Assembly: GCA_963788195.1 (NCBI GenBank)
Contig: CAWBGA010000006.1
Span: 1-36,180 of the forward strand
Direction of reading: 5' to 3'
Source: Nitrospirota bacterium
GTDB lineage: Bacteria; Nitrospirota; Nitrospiria; Nitrospirales; NS-4
Length of the DNA stretch: 36,180 nt
The position numbers and the translations under genes are program-made. This document shows, in pieces, positions 7,952-16,807 of the stretch; position 1 is the stretch's first letter; each line of letters starts with the position of its first letter. A model generated the notes under the pieces. That model had not been told where the DNA came from, did no database searches, and saw only the letters and a program-made list of their open reading frames with translations.

Positions 7952-9423
7952 TGAAATTCCTTCTTGAAAAGCTCGACGGCCGTGAGCACGGGATAGGGCG
8001 CCCGCGCTCCCAGCGCACACAAACTCGTCTGCTTCATGGTCTCGCACAGGTCCGCCAACAGCGCGAGGTCACCGTTGCGCCCACGCCCCTGGATGATCCC
8101 ATCCAAAATCTCGCCGGCGCGGACGGATCCGACGCGGCACGGCGTGCATTTCCCGCAGGATTCGTCCGCCGTGAAGGTCATGTAATGGCGCGTCAACTCC
8201 ACCATATCGGTCTCTTGATCGAAGACGACGATGCCACCATGGCCGAGAATCGCGCCTTCACGGGCAAAGGCCTCATAACAGATCTTGGTTTTCAGCCCCG
8301 AGCTGTCCAACAAACTGCCCAGTGGCCCTCCGACCTGCACGGCCTTGAACCGCGCACCCGGCGCCATTCCACCCCCGAACTCCTCAATCACCTCTTCCAG
8401 TGTCAGGCCGAACGGTACTTCAATGAGCCCGGGTTGTTTCACCCGGCCTCCGATCTGCAGCGCGATCGTTCCTTTGGAGTACTCGGTCCCCAACGACGCA
8501 TGCCACTCACCGCCTCGTGACAAAATCGTCGGGATGGTGGCAAATGTCAGCACGTTACTGACCAGAGTCGGTTTGCCATACAGTCCACTTACCGCCGGAT
8601 ACGGCGGCTTGGGTTGCACCATCCCGCGCCTTCCTTCGAGCGACTGGAGCAGCGCCGTCTCTTCGCCGCAGACGTAGGAGCCGCCTCCGACGAAGACCTC
8701 CAGCTCGAATGGAACGACCGCTTGTCGCCCGAGATATCCTGCGCCGGTGAGGACCTCGATAGCGGCATGAAGGGTTCGCACCGCTGCGGGGTATTCGTAC
8801 CGACAGTAGATGAAGCCCTTGGTCGCGCCGACTGCGCGTGCGGCGATCAGCATGCCTTCGATCAGTCGAAACGGCTCACCCTCCATGATCATGCGATCGC
8901 AATAGGTGCCGGCGTCGCCTTCGTCGGCGTTGGCGACGATATACTTCTGGTCGGCGGTCGTCTCCATTGCCGCCTGCCACTTTCGCCACACAGGAAACGC
9001 AGCCCCACCGCGTCCGCGCAACTGCGAGCATTTGACCTGTTCGATGATTGCCGCGGGAGTCATGCTCTCGGCGAGAGGCAATCCGACGAACCCTCCACGA
9101 CTCCGGTAGTCGTCGAGCTCTAAGGGGCGTGTGATGCCGAAATTTTGAAAGACCACCCTCGTCTGCTTCTGCAGAAACGGCAACGAACCGATCGACATGC
9201 CACCCACCCCTTGAACAATGCGAGGAAGGTCTCCTTCATGCGCATTGGGCCAGGCGATGCGATCTGTCTCCCCCTCCCGCTCAACCAGCGGTTCCAGAAA
9301 GAATGCGCCGCGGCTCGCGGTGCGAACGATCTCAATACCTCTGTGTTTGCTCCAGGCTGTCGCGAGTCTTGTCGCTCCAGCAGCGCACGCGGAAGTATCG
9401 AGCGAGAGAAAGACGCGGATCAT
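7948..9423 (-). CDS. fdsB: Formate dehydrogenase beta (NuoF-like FMN/NADH) subunit
   Basis: LRGRGGAAFP, NADEGD, CGEET, ESCGKCTPC and SLCALG. Confidence 0.92.
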   Translation of the reverse strand: MIRVFLSLDTSACAAGATRLATAWSKHRGIEIVRTASRGAFFLEPLVEREGETDRIAWPNAHEGDLPRIVQGVGGMSIGSLPFLQKQTRVVFQNFGITRPLELDDYRSRGGFVGLPLAESMTPAAIIEQVKCSQLRGRGGAAFPVWRKWQAAMETTADQKYIVANADEGDAGTYCDRMIMEGEPFRLIEGMLIAARAVGATKGFIYCRYEYPAAVRTLHAAIEVLTGAGYLGRQAVVPFELEVFVGGGSYVCGEETALLQSLEGRRGMVQPKPPYPAVSGLYGKPTLVSNVLTFATIPTILSRGGEWHASLGTEYSKGTIALQIGGRVKQPGLIEVPFGLTLEEVIEEFGGGMAPGARFKAVQVGGPLGSLLDSSGLKTKICYEAFAREGAILGHGGIVVFDQETDMVELTRHYMTFTADESCGKCTPCRVGSVRAGEILDGIIQGRGRNGDLALLADLCETMKQTSLCALGARAPYPVLTAVELFKKEFQ

Positions 9424-9884
9424 TGGTATTCCCCGAGCAACTTCGGGACTCCGGTGGGGGCCACGCGTCCATGCACATCATGGTCTACCATCACGGTTGG
9501 GCCCACCCCGCAGTTCCCTGCGCAGTACATTTTTTCTAAGGTGAATCGCCCGTCTCGCGTGGACTCTCCCAGACGGATGCCCAGTTTTTTCTCCAGCTCC
9601 TTCAACACCTGGCGGCAGTGATTGGCTATGCAGCCTTCCCCCAGGCACACGCGGATGACGTGCCGGCCAGCGGCCTGAGTGCGCAAGTCGGGATAGAAAG
9701 ACAGGACTCCATTCACCTCCGCATCAGTTACGCCCAACTCCTCAGCAATCTCCGGAAGCGAAGCAGGCGGAACAAAACCAAACTTCGTCTGTATTTCCAG
9801 CAAAGTCTTCAAGATATTGATTGATTGCGCGTTGCCGCGAGATTGACTGCCCGCTAGTTTCAAGAGGTCGGTGATCGGTGTCAT
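9420..9884 (-). CDS. fdsG: Formate dehydrogenase gamma (NuoE-like [2Fe-2S]) subunit
   Basis: GVLSFY, VCLGEGC and CAGNC; ATGA overlap with fdsB. Confidence 0.9.
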   Translation of the reverse strand: MTPITDLLKLAGSQSRGNAQSINILKTLLEIQTKFGFVPPASLPEIAEELGVTDAEVNGVLSFYPDLRTQAAGRHVIRVCLGEGCIANHCRQVLKELEKKLGIRLGESTRDGRFTLEKMYCAGNCGVGPTVMVDHDVHGRVAPTGVPKLLGEYQ

Positions 9885-9954
9885 CGCGGTCCTCGCTGTA
9901 TTTTAGGGCTGCCCTGGCCCTCGCCACTGCCGTGACCCCAACAACCCCTGCACC

Positions 9955-9970
9955 CGCAATGATGGTGCCA
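9955..9970 (-). promoter_or_regulatory. sigma54 promoter upstream of fdsG
   Basis: Minus strand TGGCACCATCATTGCG, near-consensus. Confidence 0.75.
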
Positions 9971-10128
9971 GAAGGATACGAAGAGAGGGCTGGCGAAAAC
10001 TAATGGTCTTAGAAGAGGTTACGTCACCCCAAAAGCATCGAAGCTTCGAGAGAATTAGCGAGTGGGGAGAAATACAGCAGGAACCGAAGATTGGGCTGTG
10101 GCGAAATTGGACGAGAATCAATCCTTAA

Positions 10129-10332
10129 TCAACTTCGACTCATCCTCAGCACGGCGGAGAGCTCGCGGCCGTTGTGAGGTTTTCTGCGTCGCTTTAAGGT
10201 TGCCTCCAGCATGTGCTCAGCGATGAGCCAATCCTGAATGTCATGACCATGCTCACCGCCGCGAAGCAAGTACAACTCATACGCCACCCGCGCCACGGCC
10301 TCTCTCGCCGCTTTAGTTTGTTTCTCTGGCAT
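10129..10332 (-). CDS. DUF2934-domain protein
   Basis: VARVAYELYLLRG..HG....DWLIAE; ATG 10332 preceded by GGAGG. Confidence 0.8.
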   Translation of the reverse strand: MPEKQTKAAREAVARVAYELYLLRGGEHGHDIQDWLIAEHMLEATLKRRRKPHNGRELSAVLRMSRS

Positions 10333-11263
10333 GGGCCTCCGCTTTCGCACTCTTGTTCATCAAGTGCGTAACATACTTCGGGCTCTTGACTGTGAGTACC
10401 GGCACTGCACTGTGGCGTATTACGTGTTCCGCGACGCTTCCCATCGCCAGATGTTCCCACCCTCGTCGTCCGTGAGTGCCCATCACGATCATTGCTGCTG
10501 GAATCCTCGTCGCCTCGGCTAGGATCATATCGGCCGGCAGACCGACTTTGCATGTCGCTTCCGCAGAGATTCCTTGGCTCTTCAAGACGCTAACTAATTC
10601 TTGCAACCGCTCCCGAACCCGAGCATGGAATGTCTTCTCATCACGCACGTCGAACAGGCTAAAGTCCAGCGGATAGGATGAGGGCTCGAACGCGTGAATG
10701 AGCCGCATCCGCGTTCCCAGCGGCTTGGCAAGGCTAACCGCAAACTCGAAGGCTTCCTGCGCGTATTCGGAAAAATCGATCGGGACCACGAAGCAGTCGA
10801 CCGGCAGCAGTTTTCCCAAAAACGGTTGGATCTCTCCTTCCCTATCGCGCACGGTCAGTACCGGACAGTGCGCCCCACGCACCACTTTTTCTGCGGTACT
10901 TCCCAATAGTAGACGATCGATACCAGTCCGCCCATACGTGCCCGTGACGATCATGGCGGCCTTGACTTCGTCGGCCATGTCGATAATACATTCGCTAGGA
11001 TTCCCTGGAACCTGACGGACCTCAAATAGCACCCGATCTTGTTGAATACGATGCCTCAACTGCTCCATTTCTCCTTTCCATTCTTCCTCGAGCTGTTTTA
11101 GATATAGCGCATGGACCGGAAACTCGGGATCAATAGTCATCCCGGTGGTAGGCAGCACATTCAGAATCAAAAGCTGAGCCTTGAGACGCAACGCTAAGGC
11201 GGCGGCGTGTCGGTAGGCGGTAAACGCGGGCTTTGAGAAATCCGTGGCCATTAGAATTGTCAT
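10313..11263 (-). CDS. Tandem universal stress protein
   Basis: ILMATDFS...GTYGRTG...LLGSTAE and VPIDFS...GTHGRRG...MGSVAE. Confidence 0.9.
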   Translation of the reverse strand: MTILMATDFSKPAFTAYRHAAALALRLKAQLLILNVLPTTGMTIDPEFPVHALYLKQLEEEWKGEMEQLRHRIQQDRVLFEVRQVPGNPSECIIDMADEVKAAMIVTGTYGRTGIDRLLLGSTAEKVVRGAHCPVLTVRDREGEIQPFLGKLLPVDCFVVPIDFSEYAQEAFEFAVSLAKPLGTRMRLIHAFEPSSYPLDFSLFDVRDEKTFHARVRERLQELVSVLKSQGISAEATCKVGLPADMILAEATRIPAAMIVMGTHGRRGWEHLAMGSVAEHVIRHSAVPVLTVKSPKYVTHLMNKSAKAEAHARETN

Positions 11264-12345
11264 GAGACGCCTCCCTTTTCTATCCTGCGCTTTTGCGAGA
11301 GAGCTTCCGCCTGAACGATAATCTTACAATGCTCGCATATCGATTCACTCGCTGGTTTTCCGCAAAGGATACAAACGCGCGACTCGTCGGGCGATCGCTC
11401 CCTCTCCCCATATCGTGCCTTCTTATCTGACACCGGCATATTTTCCTCCTGGTTAGGCACATCCTTGCCTTTCACAATCAGCACTGCGCAAGGCACGCTA
11501 TGCAGTAAATTATGCGACACGCTGCCCAGCAAAAATCGCTTTATCCCCGTCAACCCCCTGGCCCCGACAACCACAAGGTCCATCATGCGCTCCGTTGCAA
11601 CTTCGGAGAGCACGCTTGCCGGATCTCCTTCCAGCACCTGAGTGGAGGCGCCATAGCAACGCGATAGTTGGCAACAGATCCTTTCCGCAAGCTGGGCCAT
11701 AGCCCTTTTCACAAACACCACAAACTGCTCGCCCTCGTCATCTGATTTGCGCACTCCGGGCGGTTTTGAGGGCAGCACCGTGGCGATCGTCAATTCCAGC
11801 TTGTCCCGAAAGAGCCTGTTTTGCAGAAAATCCACGGCGCGGTCAGCATCGGCCGAGCCGTCATACGCCAACAATACTTTGCTGATTTCTCGACTGCCCC
11901 GCTTCACAATGAGGACCGGACAATGTGCTTCACTAGCAACTTTGTGTGAGACGCTGTCAACAACCCATTCTTGCAGTTTTCCCAATCCGCGCGATCCTAG
12001 TACAAGCAAATCCGGCTTGTGCTTCCGGACAGCTTCAATGATCTTTGCCGCAGGAGAACCGATTTCAAGCGATGTGTCTACACGTGTGGACGGCGCGATG
12101 TCCTTAAATGCGTCCGCAAGGTACCCATGCACCTGCTTCAGCAAGACCTGCCCATCTCGAACCAAGGCCTCCTGCAACCTATCGTAATAGTTCGTGGCGA
12201 CGGGGAAGGGCACCGAAGGGTGCAGGTACTGCGCGATATTGACGACATGCAGGACATGCAGGTGATCAGGCGGCGTGAACTGCCGGAGAACAGACGCTGC
12301 CTTTATTGCAGATTCAGATTCGTCGACGGCAAATAGAATACGCAT
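11260..12345 (-). CDS. Tandem universal stress protein with C-terminal CxxC-x8-CxxC extension
   Basis: ILFAVD.S, GSRGLG, LLAYDGS and GARGL...LLGSVS. Start moved to ATG 12345 (GGGGAGG RBS). Confidence 0.88.
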   Translation of the reverse strand: MRILFAVDESESAIKAASVLRQFTPPDHLHVLHVVNIAQYLHPSVPFPVATNYYDRLQEALVRDGQVLLKQVHGYLADAFKDIAPSTRVDTSLEIGSPAAKIIEAVRKHKPDLLVLGSRGLGKLQEWVVDSVSHKVASEAHCPVLIVKRGSREISKVLLAYDGSADADRAVDFLQNRLFRDKLELTIATVLPSKPPGVRKSDDEGEQFVVFVKRAMAQLAERICCQLSRCYGASTQVLEGDPASVLSEVATERMMDLVVVGARGLTGIKRFLLGSVSHNLLHSVPCAVLIVKGKDVPNQEENMPVSDKKARYGERERSPDESRVCILCGKPASESICEHCKIIVQAEALSQKRRIEKGGVS

Positions 12346-12461
12346 TGTTCCTCCCCGTGCTGATGTATCCGGCCTTGTATGATCCGTCGGCCTTGGCTTA
12401 GTGAAAAAACCCCTCGCGCGCTGAACGGACCCTTCGTCCTGTTCAAAGAGGAGGCCCATGA

Positions 12462-12638
12462 CTAGCTCATTTCCATGAGAGCAATGATCAGGGACATCGC
12501 GAGGAGAACAAGCGCGATCCCGACGATGAACCACTCGAGAATCGGCACGAATTGATCAGCGCTTACATCGGACGCATGACGTTCTGCACGACGAGTCTGT
12601 CGGCAAACGGCAGGCTCGACCGGTAATGGTAATTGCAC
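12462..12638 (-). CDS. Possible small single-TM protein (58 aa)
   Basis: GTG-start ORF ending FVPILEWFIVGIALVLLAMSLIIALMEMS*, located just downstream of a sigma54-like site. Confidence 0.3.
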   Translation of the reverse strand: MQLPLPVEPAVCRQTRRAERHASDVSADQFVPILEWFIVGIALVLLAMSLIIALMEMS

Positions 12639-12688
12639 CTTGAGTACCCCATTCCCTCCGCCCTCAAGTTGCTGTCAACTAGACTAAA

Positions 12689-12704
12689 AGCATGACTCAT
12701 ACCA
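12689..12704 (-). promoter_or_regulatory. sigma54-like promoter for the USP cluster
   Basis: Minus strand TGGTATGAGTCATGCT (GG-N10-GC). Confidence 0.55.
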
Positions 12705-12900
12705 GGCGCCACGGAGTTGGATGATGTTGTAAAAGATCACGTGAGAAGAGAAGTTAGCTCAGGACAGGAAGGCCTTATTTCAGAAAAGCGGCCCTATGTT
12801 GGAGCATGAGTGGCGCATTTCACACCAACTCACCGGCGGTGACTGGGGCAAATCGCAGCATTAATTGAACGAGGGGTTTGATTATCGTCGGGTTTAGAAC

Positions 12901-12916
12901 TGGTACTGCCCTTGCT
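12901..12916 (+). promoter_or_regulatory. sigma54 promoter for the dksA-like gene
   Basis: TGGTACTGCCCTTGCT (GG-N10-GC), ending 44 nt before the ATG. Confidence 0.65.
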
Positions 12917-12959
12917 TCTAAACCGGTCAGCGGCGCATCACAATATAAGGGGGACAGAC

Positions 12960-13307
12960 ATGCTTCCAATACGAGAACTTCAGAGTCAGCTGCTAAAACA
13001 GCGACGCGCCCTCCTACGGGAAGTCGCCCATGTCGAAGAAGACCTTCTGTGGCTTGAGACGGATAGGGAGAGCGAACTCGTGGAGCGCGGCCAAGACGAA
13101 ACGTTCATCCGCTTGCTTGCTAGGCTCGATGATCAGCAAAAGGCTCAGATCCAAGCGATAGACCGGGCGCTCGGCAAGATTGCCAATGGTGACTATGGGC
13201 GCTGCGAAGATTGCGGCAAACCCATTCCGCTGTCCCGTCTTCGGGCGCTCCCGATGGCGGCGAAATGTCTTTCGTGTACAGAGGCTAGGGAACGCTTACC
13301 CATCTGA
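12960..13307 (+). CDS. DksA/TraR C4 zinc-finger protein
   Basis: Coiled coil followed by YGRCEDCGKPIPLSRLRALP....CLSC; ATG at 12960. Confidence 0.85.
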   Translation: MLPIRELQSQLLKQRRALLREVAHVEEDLLWLETDRESELVERGQDETFIRLLARLDDQQKAQIQAIDRALGKIANGDYGRCEDCGKPIPLSRLRALPMAAKCLSCTEARERLPI

Positions 13308-13359
13308 CCATTTACTTGTATCGAATTCGACGAGAACTTTTTTCAAGGGAGGTTGACTT

Positions 13360-13749
13360 ATGATAATGGTAGTCACATATCGAAGCCAGCTAAGAGATCG
13401 TGTGGTGGAGCGACTGCGTCGCTGCGGATATGACGTCGCGGTGCCGCCGCACAGGCACGATGTGGTGGAGTGGGTCAAGCAGACAAATCCCGAGCTGATC
13501 GTTCTCGATATGTATGTCGCCGATCCGAGCGGCCTGGAGATGCTCAGACGCATAAGGGGAGCTGAGTACCAGGGGAAGGTAGTGGCTCTCGGCGGCACCT
13601 CGCTTTCAAACGTGCTGTCTACAGCACAGGCGCTGGGTCTGGACCAAGTGGTCAGTGGCCCGGAACTGAACGACAGCACATTCAACCTTGCTCCGCTGGA
13701 AGCTGCGATTCGCGCCGCACTTCCGCCGTCACCGGAAGTCGGCGTCTAA
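13360..13749 (+). CDS. Stand-alone atypical response-regulator receiver domain
   Basis: PELIVLDM...SGLEMLRRIR; GGAGG RBS; acidic pocket and KP motif not evident. Confidence 0.7.
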   Translation: MIMVVTYRSQLRDRVVERLRRCGYDVAVPPHRHDVVEWVKQTNPELIVLDMYVADPSGLEMLRRIRGAEYQGKVVALGGTSLSNVLSTAQALGLDQVVSGPELNDSTFNLAPLEAAIRAALPPSPEVGV

Positions 13750-14027
13750 TCACGAGCAGGAAGTGTGCGCGGAGGTCCGGCGCCGCAAGCAGGTTAAGCA
13801 GCATAAACAGGTTCCGTTTAACGGTCGACGTTCACCTCTCGATCTGGAATCCATCGTACTTGCACCAGCGCCAGCCACCGTCCAATTCCACGGGGGTCCT
13901 GCCGATATCACTTTCGCCATCCTTCGTCGACTGATCTGTAATGGTATGTTGGCGCGCCTGCGACAGATGATGGGGCTGATGATTATCTATGGCTGCTGAG
14001 ATGGTTTCTGCTGGTCCTACCTATCAC

Positions 14028-14260
14028 AGCCTGCCAAGACAGGCTCTTTCCCCTTTTGCACCCGTCCTACCCTGGAGTTTGCCAGGACAAACTCCTTTTC
14101 CCCTTTTGCACCCGCCATTGCACCCGCCCACCCTGGAGTTACCATTTCACCCACCCAACCCCCAAGCCTGCTGAGACAGGCTTTTGTCCCGTGGACAAAC
14201 CCCCCTGCTTCTTTACACCCGCCCACCCTGAAATCTGCCAAGACAGATTTCTTTTCCCCC
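14028..14260. repeat. Cluster of five CACCC-hairpin repeat units, one nested
   Basis: Hairpins agcctg-CCAAGA-caggct, ggagtttg-CCAGGA-caaactcc, aagcctg-CTGAGA-caggctt and gaaatctg-CCAAGA-cagatttc, plus one interrupted outer copy. Most have a CACCCRCCCACCCT-like leader and a TTTTCCCC-like tail. Confidence 0.85.
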
Positions 14261-14320
14261 GGTTGACTTCGCGAGACCCCAAAACTATGATGGGCATGCT
14301 TGCGCATGAGACTACGCTGA

Positions 14321-14911
14321 GTGACTCTTCAGGATCTCGCTCTCGATCTGAAAGACTGCCGGCGATGCCGCTTGGCATCGGGGCGGACCCAAGTCGTTTT
14401 CGGCGTCGGGAATCCTCACGCCACTATCATGTTCGTCGGCGAAGCTCCAGGATTTTATGAGGATCGGCAAGGCGAGCCCTTTGTAGGAGCGGCCGGGCGA
14501 TTATTGAACGAGCTTCTCGAAGCCGTCGGCCTATCGCGCTCTGACATCTATATCGCGAACGTCATCAAGTGTCGCCCGCCCGACAACCGCGACCCCCTTC
14601 CGGATGAGGTTGAGACCTGCAAGCCGTTTTTATTTCAGCAAATCGCAATGATCAAGCCGCGTGTGGTTTGCACCCTCGGCAACTTTGCGATGCAGACTCT
14701 ATTAGGCAAGAAGGTGGGCATCATGAAAATGCGCGGGCAGATATTTCAGGTACAGGAGTTTTTCGTCTTCCCTATGCTCCATCCTGCGGCCGCCTTGCAC
14801 CAAGGGAACCTCAATGAACCTCTGCGCGAGGACTTTAGAAAGCTCAAGGCATTTCTCGAACGCCGCCAGGAGCCGGCCGCGACGGTCGAGCAAATGAACC
14901 TCTTCGGTTAA
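14321..14911 (+). CDS. udg: Family 4 uracil-DNA glycosylase
   Basis: CRRC, VGEAPG..ED.QG.PFVG.AG, KCRPP.NR and HPAA. Confidence 0.92.
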   Translation: MTLQDLALDLKDCRRCRLASGRTQVVFGVGNPHATIMFVGEAPGFYEDRQGEPFVGAAGRLLNELLEAVGLSRSDIYIANVIKCRPPDNRDPLPDEVETCKPFLFQQIAMIKPRVVCTLGNFAMQTLLGKKVGIMKMRGQIFQVQEFFVFPMLHPAAALHQGNLNEPLREDFRKLKAFLERRQEPAATVEQMNLFG

Positions 14912-14920
14912 CTCATTTCC

Positions 14921-15364
14921 GTGGGACAAATCCTCTTTCATCTAGCCTTCCCCGTCACCGATTTGAAGGAAGCGAAACGGTTCTACGTGGACGGTTTGGG
15001 TTGCGGGCTCGGCCGCATGTCCGATTCCGCGATTACCCTGAATCTCAAAGGCAACCAACTGGTCGGCCATCTCGTCAAGACGCAAGGGGAACTTCCCAAG
15101 AGCATCTATCCTCGCCACTTTGGACTTGTCTTCACATCTGCAGAAGATTGGCAGGCCATGGCGGACCTTGCACGCGAGCGATCACTCCCGTTTTATCAAA
15201 AGCCCCGTCACCGCTACCCTGGCACGCGGCTCGAGCACGCCACATTTTTCCTGGAAGATCCCTTTCATAACCTCCTTGAATTCAAGCACTACACACACGA
15301 GTCCGCCATCTTCGGAGAGCAGCACTTGTCTCAGGTCGGAGACGCGGAGGCGGAAAGCAAATAG
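14921..15364 (+). CDS. VOC/glyoxalase family protein
   Basis: FHLAFPV.DL....FY, PRHFG and FLEDP..N.LEFK. Confidence 0.85.
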   Translation: MGQILFHLAFPVTDLKEAKRFYVDGLGCGLGRMSDSAITLNLKGNQLVGHLVKTQGELPKSIYPRHFGLVFTSAEDWQAMADLARERSLPFYQKPRHRYPGTRLEHATFFLEDPFHNLLEFKHYTHESAIFGEQHLSQVGDAEAESK

Positions 15365-15368
15365 AACT

Positions 15369-15833
15369 TTAATGTGCAGGGGCGACCGCAATCGGCTCAG
15401 CCCCGGCAGGCGCCACGACCGCGCCGGTCTTCGGCTGAAGGACAACATCCTGTTTTCTTACCCGTTCGATGGCGGGGTCTTCCACGAAGGGTGCGTATCG
15501 GCCGACAGCCATCGTCAACGCATCGCCCTGCTGCACGAGAAGGTCGATCTCCGCAACCTTCTTTTTAAAGGTCGCAAGAACGGTTCCCTGCGAGGTCTGG
15601 ACGGTCAGGAGAAGGCGGTCTCCCTCTCGCTGTTTGCGCACGACCTCCCCTGCGACTGTTTCAGTTTTCTTCATGCGAAATGAGTCGGGCAGGTATGGCG
15701 AAGCCAAGTCCGGCCCATAAATCACGCCGCCAACCCCAATGGAAATGCCGATCAAGAGAATTAGAAGGATCATTGTACCCTGCATGGCTTGCCTCCTCGC
15801 GAGAGCTTCTCCCCACCCCCACTCGGCGCTCAC
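15369..15833 (-). CDS. Hypothetical membrane-anchored protein
   Basis: N-terminal TM helix followed by a beta-rich domain; start uncertain. Confidence 0.65.
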   Translation of the reverse strand: MSAEWGWGEALARRQAMQGTMILLILLIGISIGVGGVIYGPDLASPYLPDSFRMKKTETVAGEVVRKQREGDRLLLTVQTSQGTVLATFKKKVAEIDLLVQQGDALTMAVGRYAPFVEDPAIERVRKQDVVLQPKTGAVVAPAGAEPIAVAPAH

Positions 15834-16006
15834 GAGGCCGCCTGAAGATCAGAAAGTAGCGTTTTAACCTAAGCATAATCATTATACGCCGAAAAAATGC
15901 TCAGGCAAGCTTACTTCTTCACATAACCTGACAGTCTATGTTAAACCAGACAATCCTCTCACGGATTACATGATCTAGTGGCGGGAAAGGTAAGCTTACA
16001 TCCAAC

Positions 16007-16792
16007 CTAGCGCGCGAAGATTTCCAGAATCTCCTCTAGCGGCCGGATCGTGCCGAGCAGTAGCGGATCGCCGAACCGTTGGTTGTGATGATTTTCCTTG
16101 ACCTTTAACAAGTCTATGACGAGATTTTGAAAGTCGTCCAGCTTGGCCGTCTCAAAATAGGTGATAAAGTCGAGATCGTCGAGGCCGCTGGCATGATACA
16201 ACTTTCTTCTCACGGTCTTCAGATAGGCGACCGTCGCATCGGTGTGTTCCTTCATCATCGCAGTCCGCGCATCCTGGCCGGTGATCCACCACTCAGCATC
16301 CTTCTTAACGGGGACGACAACTACATAAGGACTACCCTGAGGCGGCGGCGTTTTCAACTCGGTTTTTAGTTCTTCCGGGAACTTCGGCACGTAATTCAGC
16401 TTCTTCGTGAGGCCGTTAAACGTGTCGGTATTCTTGAGGTGCCTGCCGAACGCGGTTCCCATCACATCCAGCAGGAAATTCTGATTGTGCACCATTTCCC
16501 GACCATGCACGCGGAGGAAAAAGTCCGCCTTTTCGGATAGACCGCGCAGCAAATAGGTGTCGACGATCACCTTGTCGGCATGCTTTTGAACTACGCTCTT
16601 GACTTCAGCAGCGGCCGATGCCCGGGCGGCCTTGTCCGCCTTCCACCACTCGTCGGACACCTTGAACACGGCAAACGTGCCGTAGACCCCGGGCTCCGAT
16701 AGAAGCTTGTCCCGTTCCACCTGGGCGACGGCCGCCTGGGCCATTGATGCAAGAAGAAATATGCCTGCCGCGATAGCATTCGAAAACTTCAT
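16007..16792 (-). CDS. cld: Chlorite dismutase (long, clade I, Nitrospira-like) with signal peptide
   Basis: KKDAEWW, proximal EH, Arg 13 residues after that His (VRRKLYH), and GLDD.DFITYFET. Confidence 0.9.
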   Translation of the reverse strand: MKFSNAIAAGIFLLASMAQAAVAQVERDKLLSEPGVYGTFAVFKVSDEWWKADKAARASAAAEVKSVVQKHADKVIVDTYLLRGLSEKADFFLRVHGREMVHNQNFLLDVMGTAFGRHLKNTDTFNGLTKKLNYVPKFPEELKTELKTPPPQGSPYVVVVPVKKDAEWWITGQDARTAMMKEHTDATVAYLKTVRRKLYHASGLDDLDFITYFETAKLDDFQNLVIDLLKVKENHHNQRFGDPLLLGTIRPLEEILEIFAR

Positions 16793-16807
16793 TGTTCTTC
16801 CTTTCTG

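Noticed and set aside
7952..8047. N-terminal extension of fdsA in the ORF track (likewise extensions of USP to 12534, tldD to 21187, smbP to 29604 and the cytochrome to 33692)
   Set aside because: Downstream starts have better RBS or stop-start overlaps and coincide with the domain starts.
7948..9884. Complex I nuoEF or hydrogenase diaphorase call
   Set aside because: Translationally coupled to a molybdopterin FDH alpha subunit; no other nuo or hox genes.
13688..13999. 103-aa plus-strand ORF and short minus-strand ORFs in this gap
   Set aside because: No motif or convincing RBS; left uncalled.
14028..14260. CRISPR array interpretation of the repeats (also 21408-21582)
   Set aside because: No identical direct repeats with unique regular spacers; the variable parts are self-complementary stems; no cas genes in the window.
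13989..14460. Several short ORFs over the repeat cluster
   Set aside because: Pro/His- or Gly/Trp-rich translations derived from the repeats; one overlaps udg out of frame.
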